A stretch of 20,691 nt of DNA from Thermodesulfovibrionales bacterium (GTDB taxonomy: Bacteria; Nitrospirota; Thermodesulfovibrionia; Thermodesulfovibrionales; SM23-35), in assembly GCA_963715195.1 (NCBI GenBank), contig CAVQRT010000020.1, forward strand, positions 1 through 20,691. The letters are read 5' to 3'. The translations under genes were made by a program, and so were the position numbers. Below the pieces are notes generated by a model. It did not search any database. It saw only the letters and a program-made list of their open reading frames with translations, and was not told the origin of the DNA. This document shows positions 1 to 9,669 of the stretch, one piece after another; position 1 is the first letter of the stretch, and every line of letters begins with the position of its first letter.

Positions 1-1963
1 ATACCAGGCTCATGCCCCCAAGGCACCTGAGCGGAATAAAGCGGAGACTCGAATCGAGGGACTTCCGGTTCAGGGCCAGCGTGTCCAGTGCCGGGTATGC
101 GTCATTTTCACATACGAGGCAGATGATCCTGAACTCTTCTTCCCCGGCACGTCCAAAGCCTTGATCATCGATCCGACCATATCAACACTGTAATCCTTGA
201 ATGATACGATCCTCTCAGGGCATGCACCCATGCAGGTTCCGCACCGCCTGCACCTGTTGAGCATGTAGGTCGGTATTCCTTTCTCATCCTCTTCTATCGC
301 ACCGAAAGGACACTCCTCCGTACACCTCTTGCACGCGGTACACCTGATAATCTGCGGGTCAGGGTAGGACAGGTCCCACGCCCGGGGATGCACTGCCATT
401 CCTTTTGCCACATGGTCCATACACTGTATCGCCTTGAACGCGGCACCTGCGGCATCTTCCTGTGCCTCGGTCATGTTCATGGGCTGCTTCACAGAGCCGG
501 CGGCGTATATGCCGGTCCTTCTTGTCTCATACTGGAAACAGATGAAGTTCGAATCCGCAAACCCCGCAGCTCCCTCAAGGGTCGGGATTTCAGGCCCCTG
601 CCTATAGTCAAGGTTCAGGATGAAATCAGGCTTGGGGGTTATTTCAAGGTACTGCTTCTTCGCCTCATCCCCTTTTGCGGAAACAGCGGTCAGCCCGTCA
701 AGGTATTCCTGCGGCCCCCTTGACGTAGGCACCATCCCCGTCGCAAGCACGACAAGGTCTGCCTCGACCTTCACCTTTTCACCCAAAAGGGAATTTTCCA
801 TCACCACATGGAGATTTCCGTTTCCTGCATCGGCAACTCCAAGCACATCTCCCTTTGTGAGCATAATGCCCGGATCATTCTGTGCCTCCTTGTAAAAGGC
901 CTCGAGCCTGCCGGGCGTCCTTATGTCCTTATAAAGCACCATTGCGGTTGCATTGGTATTTTGTCTTACGTAACGGGCCTGTTTCAGGGAGGTGGCACAG
1001 CACATTGAGGAGCAGTACGGCAGGTGGTCGGGATCCCTCTGTCCGGCACACTGTATGAACGCAACCTTTGTCGCCTCCTTGCCATCCGACGGCCTCACAA
1101 TCCTGCCGTTGCCCTTTTTGGCGATGTCTTCCAGTTCAAGATTGGTGCACCACATCCTTGAACTTGCCGTACCCGAGATGGCCGAGCTTTGTCGCGTCGT
1201 AGGCGGTCCATCCGGTCGCCATGACCACCGCACCCGCCTTCACCGTCTCGGAACTGCCGTTCGTTGAGATCGTGACATCGTAAAGACCCGGCTGACCAAC
1301 CGTTTTTTCAATTTTCGAAGATTTATACACCTTTATATTGGGATTATTTTCAACTTCCTGTATCACCTGTTCAATCTCGGTATCGACAATGATCGGATCA
1401 TAGAAATTCTTGGTCGGGATCTTCTTGTACAGGCGGTGTGCAAAACCTCCAAGCTGAGGCTCCTTCTCGACAAGATACACCTTGTATCCCGCTTTGGCAG
1501 CCTCGAGTGCTGCGGTCATCCCGGTAATCCCTCCCCCGACAACCAGAAGATCGTGATTGAGGTTTTCGAGTATGGACGCCTCGGGGATTTCACCCTTCTG
1601 CGCCCTCACTATGCCGAATGTTACATAGTCCTCGGCAATACTCTGGGTCTCTTCCGTGTTCGGGGCCTGTGTCCACGCGACAAATTCCCTCACATTGACC
1701 CTTTCGGTCAATACACCTGAAAAATCAAACTCTTCATATTTCACCCGGGGAGAACATGCAACGATGATCGCGGTGTTCACCCCGTCCTTTTTGACAGCGT
1801 CCTTGATGACCTGAAGACCCTCGGGGCTGCAGAGCACATCGTGTATCTTTATCTGTTCCTCTTTTACCGGTGCCCTCTTTGCAGCTTTCGCGAGTTTCTC
1901 TATGTCAATAGAATCCGCAATCCCGCATCCTTTGCAGATATATACACCGAATGTTTTCTCCAT
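1..1963 (-). CDS. qmoB: QmoB, HdrA-like flavo/FeS subunit of the APS reductase-associated Qmo complex, with C-terminal MvhD-like domain. Partial (continues past position 1); 2 apparent frameshifts
   Basis: Joined from ORFs 1136-1963 and 70-1233 plus a third frame at ~1-140. Motifs: GVYICKGCGI start, ACSPR, FAD motif GGGITGMTAALEAAKAG, FIQCAGQRD..HLPYCSSMCC, two CxxCxxCxxxCP ferredoxin motifs. Third frame reads FRIICLVCENDAYPALD...RFIPLRCLGG. Shifts at ~1148 (DVV/TNLELE) and in the C-run at 142-145. Directly downstream of qmoA. Confidence 0.93.
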
Positions 1964-1966
1964 CCC

Positions 1967-3225
1967 CTACCTCCTCTTTATACTCTGGATGCATTTTATT
2001 GCTGCTCCAGTTGCATCCTGAACCGACCGGGCAACATCGGCCGGGCTCTTGAGCGTTCCCACGGCATAGACCCCGCTCTTCAGCTTTGAATCATCGATGA
2101 GCCCGTCGGGCGTGTACGGCAGATCCATCCCGAACTTGGAGCTCCTGGTCGATGGCTCCATCCCGGTGGCAAGAACTACCATGTCAAACGTTTCCTGTAT
2201 TTTGCCGCCTTTGTATATATCTTCCGCCACGACTGTGACATCCTTCGATCCCGCAACCTCGGTAATCTGCGCAACTTTGCCTTTTGTGAAGACCACGTTC
2301 GGATCGTCTTTCACCTTCGTATAGAACCTGTTTTCGTAAAGACCGGGGGTCCTGATGTCAATGTAGAATATCCGTATCTTTGCATCAGGGTACTGCTCCC
2401 GTATGTAGACGCATGTTTCAGTGAGGCAAGGCAGCAGATGTATGAGCAGAATTCGAGGTGGTTCTCGTCCCGGGAGCCCGCACACTGCACAAAGGCGATG
2501 TTCTTAATCTCCTTGCCGTCAGAAGGCCTCACAATCTTTCCCTGCGTAGGGCCATCCTGCGCAGCAAGCCTCTCCATCATCATATTCGAGATGACATTCT
2601 GCATCTGCCCGGACCCGAGGAGGTCAAGCTTCCCCATGTCATAGGGCTGCCATCCCCCTGCAAGGACGATCGCCGCCACATTAAGGCTGACAGTCTCGGG
2701 GTTCATTTCAAGGTCGATCGCATTGTAGGTGCATGCCTCAAGACACGGCTTCTTGCAGTCATTCGGACACGCCCTGTCATCGATGACATACTTGAACGGG
2801 AACGCCTGTTTTGAAGGCAGGTAAGCCGCCTTCGTCTTGTCCATGCCAAAGTTGAACTCATTTTCTCTGAATGACGGACAGGCCTCTGCGCATGCATCGC
2901 ATGCGACGCACTTGTCATTCACATACCTCGGCTTTTTCGTGATGCTCACTTCGAAGTTCCCCTCTTCCCCTTTGATCGACTCGACTTCAGCAAGAGTATG
3001 GAACGTAATCCTCGGATTGTTCTTGATCCTCTTGTACTGAAACTCGAGACCACAGTTAGGGGGGCAGAGTTTCCAGAAGTATTTGTTGATCTGTGTTACC
3101 CTACCACCAAGATAGGGATTCTTCTCCACAATATGAGCCTCATACCCGGCCTCAGCCACCTCGATGGCTGTAGTCAGTCCGCTCATACCGCCTCCGATTA
3201 CAAGAACTTTTTTATTGTCTGACAT
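1967..3225 (-). CDS. qmoA: QmoA, HdrA-like flavoprotein subunit (~419 aa after correcting one missing base near 2414)
   Basis: ATG at 3225 with AAGGAGG 6 nt upstream. VLVIGGGMSGLTTA FAD motif, KYFWKLCPPNCGLE, ferredoxin insert, FVQCAGSRDENHLEFCSYICCLASLK. Continues in the 1967-2485 frame as CVYIREQYPDAKIRIFYIDIRTPG...VLATGM. Lies between aprA and qmoB. Confidence 0.93.
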
Positions 3226-3318
3226 CTTCACCCTCCTTCAAGGCAGTAAGTCATAAAGAGGTGCTTATTGCTTATATTATATAAGCGTCCCTTTCTGACC
3301 TACATTGTAAACGGGCGT

Positions 3319-3327
3319 ATTATAGCA
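3319..3327 (-). promoter_or_regulatory. Putative extended -10 promoter (TGCTATAAT) for qmoAB
   Basis: Perfect TGnTATAAT about 95 nt upstream of qmoA and just downstream of the aprA terminator. A TTGACA is nearby but only 7 nt away, so it is not a canonical -35. Confidence 0.5.
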
Positions 3328-3371
3328 TACTTGTCAAGGAGAAATCTTTCCCTGAAAGCATGCAAAGATAT

Positions 3372-3404
3372 AAAAAAATGGGGAGGGCGAAAGCCCTCCC
3401 CATT
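3372..3404 (-). terminator. Rho-independent terminator after aprA
   Basis: Minus strand AATGGGGAGGGC-TTTC-GCCCTCCCCATT followed by a T-run, about 10 nt after the aprA stop. Confidence 0.9.
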
Positions 3405-3413
3405 CATCTCCAT

Positions 3414-5425
3414 TTACTGGTAGATTTGGACATATGGGACCTTTTTGAGCTCCCATTTGTTGGTTTCTGCATCGTACGTGGAGTTGACGAAGCACTTCCA
3501 GTTTTCATCGTCGATCTTGTTGAGGTCTCCTCTGTAGTAGTATCCAGGATACCTGGACTCTTCTCTGAAGAGAATGTGACGTGCATGTGCCTCAAGCGAG
3601 TAGACCCTGTGGGTGTTCTCCCAGCATCTCAGCAGCTCGTGGAGGTCTTTCGCTGCCATCTTCTGAAGGTCCTCTTTGAGCATGTCAAGCTGCCTGAGAC
3701 CTTCTTCGAGCATCGTCCTTGAAGTCATGTACCAGGTTGATACTCCACCGAAGTACTCATCAGCGAGCTTCATGAGCCTCATCTGAATCGCTTTCGGCCT
3801 GATGTAGTACGGGTTGACTTCAGGGTCGGTTGTGTAGGTTTTGTACTTCTCATAGATCTCGTACGGAAGATAGAGCTCTGCCGCGATCTCATCTGCAGTC
3901 TGCTTGATGGCCGGCTTGTAGTCAGGCTCATCAAGGATAAAGGCGATTCCGGCCTTTGCGGCAATTCTGCCCTCTGCGTGTGACCCTGAGGAGAACTTGT
4001 GGCCTGATGCACCGACAACGTCACCGGCCATGAACATGCCCTTGACAGTCGACATCCTGTTATAGCCCCAGCTGCCACTCTTCGGGTGCTCCGGCAATAT
4101 CGCCAGGACCGCTGCACCAGAATCCTGCACAACCGGCATGTGAACCGAGAAGATACGGCTCGGTCGGCATGATCTCAGACGGGTCTTGTCCGGCTCAACG
4201 TTCTTTGCAGCCCAGAGGGATGCCTGTCCGATGGCCATGTCAAGAAAGTCTTCCCATGCCTCAGCTTCGAGGTGCTTGACTTTCTTTGCACCCTCTTTTT
4301 CGCCGAGCTTCTCCATGAAGGTCTTGGTGATTTCTTCCATCGCGTATGGGTGTTCATGAGGATCGGGCCTTTGCCGTCTTTCATCGCCCTCATCATGAGG
4401 TGATTTCTGATGGCGGTACCGAGACCTTTTGCGTAGTCACCGTATCTCTTGCTTGCATCGTCGAAGGTACTCTTTGTTTGCACAGTAGTCTTCGCCGTAG
4501 GCTGTCGGTTGCTTTCGCCTTGAAGAACAGGAACCATGCGCCAACAGGCCCGTATCCGTCCTTGAACCTTGCCGGCACGAACCTGTTTTCCATCAGCGTC
4601 ATCTCTGCGCCGCCAGCATGCCGAATGAGAAGCCTGAACCTGCCGTTCCAGACCGGGTACCAGGCTCGTCCAAGACCTTCACCGCTTGACCTCGGCCTGA
4701 ACAGTTGACGGCGCCGCCGCCGGTGTTGATCTGGGCCTTTGCCTTGAAGATGTAGATCTTGTTCTCTCTTACGCTGAAGCCTGCTGCTGCGGCAACCCTG
4801 CTGGGGTCGTTAGCATCTTTGTACGAGTTTTACGATGAAGACCCTCTCATAGAGGTTCTGGTCAACACCGGTCGCCTGCTTGTTGGTCTCAAGGGCTTTC
4901 TTCGCTGCTTCAGCAACCACTGACCTTGTAGGACTCACCGTTGATCATGATCTGCCACTTACCTGATCTCTGCGGGGTACCGCCATCCTCGAGCGACGGG
5001 ATGCCCAGATCCCTCGCCTGGTTCCGTCACGGGAGAACCCGTCTTCGGCTTTCTTCCAGATCGGGAGGCCCCACTCTTCAAAGAGGTGGACGGTGTCGTC
5101 AACGTGTCTTCCGAGGTCGAACACGAGGTCTTCCCTTGATGATGCCCATCAGGTCAGTTCCTGACGTATTTCACATAATCGACACACTTTGTTCTCACCG
5201 ACATAGGTGTTGATGGCTGAGAGACCCATAGCGACCGCGCCGCTCCTGTCGGTTGCAGCCTTGTCAACCATGGTGACCTTCAGTTTTTTCGGGTTTGCCC
5301 AGCGGCACCCTTCGAACGCTGCGCCACATCCTGCCATACCGCCGCCGATGATCAGCAGGTCAGTCTCAAGTTCAACTATTTCGGGTTTCTGCAGAAATAG
5401 AAAATGTACAAGTTTCTTTTTCCAT
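3414..5425 (-). CDS. aprA: Adenylylsulfate (APS) reductase alpha subunit (~668 aa after correcting ~15 single-base indels)
   Basis: Walking the frames by hand recovers ETDLLIIGGGMAGCG, RSGAVAMGLSAINTY, RNDLMGIIREDLVFDLGRHVDDTVHLFEEWGLPIW, RSGKWQIMINGESYK, GRAWYPVWNAGS, MENRFVPARFKDGYGPVGAWFL, EAWEDFLDM, SEIMPTEPYLLGSHAG, GYNRM, GASGHKFSSGSHAEGRI, HELLRCWE, REESRYPGYYYR. ATG at 5425 follows GGAGGTG. Confidence 0.95.
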
Positions 5426-5445
5426 TTTGTTTTCACCTCCTTATA

Positions 5446-5868
5446 TTATTCAGTCCTTGCGTCGTCATTGAAGAAAGCCTATATCTTTTATCTTCGACGT
5501 AGTCTGGTTCCGGCTTTCCGGCATAGCGGATCAATCGAGCCTTCAACAGTCGTCCTGATGGGGAACTTGAACCTCTTGGTCAGACCGTTTCTGAACTTGA
5601 TGGTCCACATGATGGAGTCGGTTCCTCTCAGGGGGATTGTGCTTGCCACCGAGGGGCACAAAATCGGAATAACCTCTCACCTCAATCGCCTGCTGAGGGC
5701 AGATCTTTACGCAGTTGAAGCACTCCCAGCACTGCTCCGGCTCCTGATTGTAGGCCTTCATGCATCCCTGTCAAGCGCCATGAGGTCGTGAGGACAGATA
5801 TACTGACATGCAGTCTTGTCCTGTGCCTTGCAGCCGTCACATTTTTCAGTAATCACATAACTTGGCAT
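5446..5868 (-). CDS. aprB: APS reductase beta subunit (~139 aa after correcting ~5 indels); not present as one ORF in the track
   Basis: ATG at 5868 after AAGGAGGT. MPSYVITEKCDGCKAQDKTACQYICPHDLM, MKAYNQEPEQCWECFNCVKICPQQAIEVRGYSDFVPLG, PLRGTDSIMWTIKFRNG, KRFKFPIRTT.EGSI. The 3' end is approximate. Confidence 0.93.
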
Positions 5869-6076
5869 AATATACTAACCTCCTTCCTTTAATTAAGTAC
5901 TTTGTCTCTTGAATAAAGAATAATGCAGGATCTTTCCGTCCTGCTCTGAGGTCTTTTACACACCTCCTTTCTTTAAAAGATAGTGCAGGGCATCGCCAGT
6001 CAGGATCCGAGACCCCGGGCTGACCATGCACTGCTTCTTTGTATAAACTCAGTTCCTTGCGAGAACTAATGGAACT

Positions 6077-7298
6077 CTAACTCTTTTCGCCTTCGGCATA
6101 CTTGTGCAGCTTGATCTCGACCTTCTCGGTAAGACCTGCATAATACTCTCCTGAGGAGAGTCAGGACTTCGATGCGGCTGAATTTCGGTGTGACTTCTTC
6201 TCCTTCGGAGAGCATCTTCCTCAGCTTTGTTCCGCTCAGGAGGATCCGGTCGTCTTTGCCGTGCGGACATGTCTTCATCGAGGCCATGCCTTCGCATGCG
6301 TTGCAATAGAAGGTCCAGTCTATGTTGAGCGGCCTGGTCTCGAGCGAGCCTGCCGGGATCTCATCGAAGATCTTCTGCGCATCGAAAGGACCGTAGTATT
6401 CGCCGACACCCGCATGGTCCCTTCCCACAATCAGGTGGCTGCATCCGTAATTCTGCCTGAAGGTTGCGTGAAGGAGCGCCTCTCTCGGGCCCGCATATCT
6501 CATGTCGAGCGGATAGCCGCCGACCTGGACGGTGTTCTTTACAAAATATTTTTCGACGAGCACGTCAATACATTTCTGACGGACGTCTGAAGGGATATCG
6601 CCTGGTTTCAGTTTACCGAGGAGCATGTGGATATACACGCCGTCGGTAACCTCAAGCGCGACCTTTGCCAGGTACTCGTGGGAACGGTGCATGGGGTTCC
6701 TTGTCTGGAATGCGGCAACCCTGTTCCAGCCTTTTTCCTCGAACGACTTTCTTGTCTCGGCAGGGCGCTGGTAAAGGTCTGGGTACTCTTTCGGGAACGG
6801 GCCTTCGCTCAGCACCTTGACAGGACCGGCGAGGTTCACTTCAGGCTGGTCCATGACCATCTTGACACCAGGGTGCTCGCTATCGGTAGTCCTGTAAACT
6901 TCCTTGCACTCATACTCCTTATCGATGGTGTATTTCTCTTCGACTTTCATGGTTGCCATGATCTCGTTGTACTCGGTCGAGAAGAGCGCGATCTCTTCAC
7001 CCTCTTTTATGCTGTCGGCATCAGCCTTGGAGCAGGAGACAGTGATCGGGATAGGCCAGAAGGTCCCGTCAGCCATCTTGAATTCGGCGCAGACACCTTT
7101 CCAGTCAGCTTTTGTCATGAACCCTGTGAGAGGGGTGAAGCCGCCGATGCCCATCATGATAAGGTCACCGGTTTCGCGCGAACTTATGTTGATTTTCTTC
7201 AGTCCCGCTGCTTTTTTCTTCTCTGCGTCGAGGGCTGCCCCTTCGAGCAAAAGGGGTTTCAGTTTCTTCTCTTTTCCATGCGGATTAACTAATGCCAT
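6077..7298 (-). CDS. sat: Sulfate adenylyltransferase, dissimilatory type (~406 aa; one extra base near 6148)
   Basis: [65 protein letters not shown], CxxC...CPH Zn site, LSGTKLR. Removing one base gives the C-terminus [29 protein letters not shown] at 6077. SD AAGGAGG. Confidence 0.96.
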
Positions 7299-7324
7299 TG
7301 TGATTCCTCCTTGCCTTATTATTT

Positions 7325-7343
7325 TTCAAGCGGAAAGCTTGAA
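7325..7343. repeat. Short perfect hairpin between adk and sat
   Basis: TTCAAGC-GGAAA-GCTTGAA. No U-tract in the adk-to-sat direction, so not called a terminator. Confidence 0.6.
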
Positions 7344-7347
7344 TTAT

Positions 7348-7995
7348 CTATTGAAGGCCCAACGCCTCACAGACCTTCTTGAATATGTCGTCAATATTCC
7401 CGGTTCCGGCGACAGTTTTCAGGATACCCTTTTTCCCGTAATAATCGATAAGGGGCGCGGTCTGCGCATTGTATACCTCAAGGCGCTTCTTGATAGTCTC
7501 TTCCTTATCGTCATCTCTTTGGTATAGCTCACTGCTGCATTTGTCGCAGGTTCCCTCTTTCTGAGGTGCCTTGAAGTGTATGTTGTACATCTGACCACAT
7601 GACTTGCAGGTTCTTCTTCCGGTCAGCCTCTTCATGAGGTCCTCAAAGGGGACATCGACACTGAGTGCTGCGTTTAAAGACATGTTCAGCGATTCAAGCA
7701 TCTTGTCGAGGGCCTCTGCCTGGGCAGTATTCCTGGGGAACCCGTCCAGTATATACCCGTTCTTGCAATCATCCTGCTTCAGCCTCTCCTCAACCATCCC
7801 AAGCACAACGCTGTCAGGAACGAGGTCGCCTTTATCCATATACGATTTTGCCTCTTTCCCGAGCGCGGTTCCCGCAGACACGGCAGCCCTCAGGAGATCT
7901 CCGGTCGAGATCTGAGGAAATCCATATTTCTCAATAATTTTTTTCGCCTGAGTCCCTTTTCCCGCTCCAGGTGCGCCAAGCAACACGATTCTCAT
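7348..7995 (-). CDS. adk: Adenylate kinase (long, Zn-LID type)
   Basis: MRIVLLGAPGAGKGTQA, ISTGDLLR, GYILDGFPR, CKSCG...CDKC lid, QRDDD. Start moved to ATG 7995, which has GGGGG upstream. Confidence 0.97.
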   Translation of the reverse strand: MRIVLLGAPGAGKGTQAKKIIEKYGFPQISTGDLLRAAVSAGTALGKEAKSYMDKGDLVPDSVVLGMVEERLKQDDCKNGYILDGFPRNTAQAEALDKMLESLNMSLNAALSVDVPFEDLMKRLTGRRTCKSCGQMYNIHFKAPQKEGTCDKCSSELYQRDDDKEETIKKRLEVYNAQTAPLIDYYGKKGILKTVAGTGNIDDIFKKVCEALGLQ

Positions 7996-8146
7996 AGTTT
8001 TACCCCCATTGAATTTTTTCACGGCCTTCTTTACGCAAACTACGAATATAAAAAACTATTCAAGAATAAAAATCGCACATTTAGGGCAAAGCTCTTTTAA
8101 AAAACACGTGTGGCAGATATAACAAGAAACAAAAGAAAGACATATA

Positions 8147-8175
8147 ACTATATTATCCGTGCATTTTTAAGTCAA
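8147..8175 (-). promoter_or_regulatory. Putative sigma70 promoter for adk-sat-aprBA
   Basis: TTGACT-17 nt-TATAGT in an AT-rich intergenic region about 150 nt upstream of adk. Confidence 0.65.
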
Positions 8176-8262
8176 ATTCATATTTTTGATATTAAAATAA
8201 GATTTCCTTATCGTTCACGCCCAAAAGTAAAATTTAAACTATTAATTTTTTTAAAATTACAA

Positions 8263-8865
8263 TTATTTTGTCCTGATTCTCGTTTTAAGATGAGAGGCGA
8301 GCTTTTTCAACGCGTTTCCCCTGTGGCTGAGCGCGTCTTTTTCCTGGGCGGTCATTTCCGCAAAAGTCCGTTCGTGGCCATTGGGATAGAATACCGGGTC
8401 ATATCCGAACCCGTTTTCTCCTTTCGGGGACATCCCTATTCGACCTTCTGCATAGCCATAAAATGTATTTATAGATCCGTCATTCGACGCAAGGGCAATA
8501 CAGCAGACAAACCGTGCACCCCTCTTTTTTTCTTCAATCGCCTCCAATGCATTCAAAAGCTTCTCAAGGTTCTGCCTGTCCCCGGCGTTTTCCCCAGCAT
8601 AACGGGCCGATCTGGTGCCCGGGGCCCCTGACAGAGCGTCCACCTCAAGCCCTGAATCATCCGCAAGGGCAGGTTTCTGCGTATATCGGGCAACGGCAAC
8701 CGCCTTTTTGACCGCATTCGCTTCAAAAGTTGCCCCGTCTTCCTCCACTGCCGGACACCCCGGATAATCATCGAGGGTAGAGAACGCAATCTCCATTCCA
8801 TGCACAATTCTCTGAATTTCCTCAATTTTTTTTTTGTTTGTTGTCGCGAGCACAAGCTCCATCAT
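8263..8865 (-). CDS. rdgB: Non-canonical purine NTP pyrophosphatase (RdgB/HAM1 family)
   Basis: LATTNKKK, EDGATFEANA.KKA, ADDSGLEVDAL.GAPG..SARYAG, GFGYDPVF, K..LSHRG.AL. Confidence 0.95.
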   Translation of the reverse strand: MMELVLATTNKKKIEEIQRIVHGMEIAFSTLDDYPGCPAVEEDGATFEANAVKKAVAVARYTQKPALADDSGLEVDALSGAPGTRSARYAGENAGDRQNLEKLLNALEAIEEKKRGARFVCCIALASNDGSINTFYGYAEGRIGMSPKGENGFGYDPVFYPNGHERTFAEMTAQEKDALSHRGNALKKLASHLKTRIRTK

Positions 8866-9207
8866 ATTACCTGTTATCCTCCCCTGGATCCGGATTTCCC
8901 CTGGCAGAAATATTTATATAGCATAATGTTCGACGGAAACACAAGAAACGAACAATCAGCGCTGTATACCATCCACTGAGCATACGAAACTCTTGAGAAC
9001 AGCCTGTACGCAGCAGATTCCAGCAAGAACATCCGTTCCGCGTGTTCCCTGACTCACCAACCCAGAACATCGCGTGTACCGGCAAGGCGATCCCGCATTC
9101 ACTCATGTACTGCCGCTTTGCTTCCCATGAGCGGAACGCGTGGTTTTTGTTGTAAAATCCAGAGATTTGCGTTAACGTATAAACGATGATCTGTCACAGA
9201 ATGTATC

Positions 9208-9237
9208 TTGAAAAAGAAAGAAATTTTCTGTTAAGAT
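9208..9237 (+). promoter_or_regulatory. Putative sigma70 promoter (TTGAAA-18-TAAGAT with TG extension) for the RDD-mre operon
   Basis: The -10 hexamer ends 6 nt before ATG 9244; no SD upstream of that ATG. Confidence 0.5.
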
Positions 9238-9243
9238 TTTCGG

Positions 9244-9669
9244 ATGTCTGAGGAATTGCACAAGGCAGGGATACTCGTACGCACTGTCGCGAAAATCCTC
9301 GACTTCATTATTATCGCAGCAGCAGTCGAGCTTATACCCAAGGCAGGATACCTCGCCGGACTGGCGTATCTCCTCATCGGGGATAGTCTCTTCGGCGGAC
9401 AGAGCCTCGGGAAAAAGCTGGTGGGAATAAAAGTGGTTTCGTCCGATACGCAGCGCGCCTGTACGTTAAGGGAATCCATCCTCAGAAACAGCACGCTGGG
9501 GGCCGGATATTTCTTTTACAAGGTAATCTGGATCGGATGGCTGTTCATCGTGATTGCTTCGGCTTTTGAATTTATTATCCTGCTCGGGAGCAAGAATCAT
9601 ATGCGTCTTGGCGATGAGATCGCAAAAACGACAGTGATCGAAATCCCTCAGGCAAAACAGGAGGCTTAA
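9244..9669 (+). CDS. RDD family membrane protein
   Basis: KAG...RTVAKILD, hydrophobic segments, [29 protein letters not shown]. Stop overlaps the mreB start (TAATG). Confidence 0.88.
   Translation: MSEELHKAGILVRTVAKILDFIIIAAAVELIPKAGYLAGLAYLLIGDSLFGGQSLGKKLVGIKVVSSDTQRACTLRESILRNSTLGAGYFFYKVIWIGWLFIVIASAFEFIILLGSKNHMRLGDEIAKTTVIEIPQAKQEA

Noticed and set aside
3319..3337. TTGACA plus TATAAT as a canonical -35/-10 pair for qmoA
   Set aside because: Spacer is only 7 nt; only the extended -10 was kept.
5758..5760. In-frame TGA in aprB as selenocysteine or read-through
   Set aside because: The conserved sequence (MKAYNQEPEQCWEC) continues in another frame; a missing base explains it.
3414..5868. 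Programmed frameshifting or true pseudogenes for aprA/aprB
   Set aside because: Too many shifts, no slippery motifs, no nonsense codons, motifs intact; sequencing error is more parsimonious.
8867..9200. 79-aa ORF 8867-9106 and a possible ncRNA (CGTTCCGC/GCGGAACG, CTCATG/CATGAG pairings) between rdgB and RDD
   Set aside because: No SD or motif for the ORF; the pairings are short and match no RNA family I recognise.
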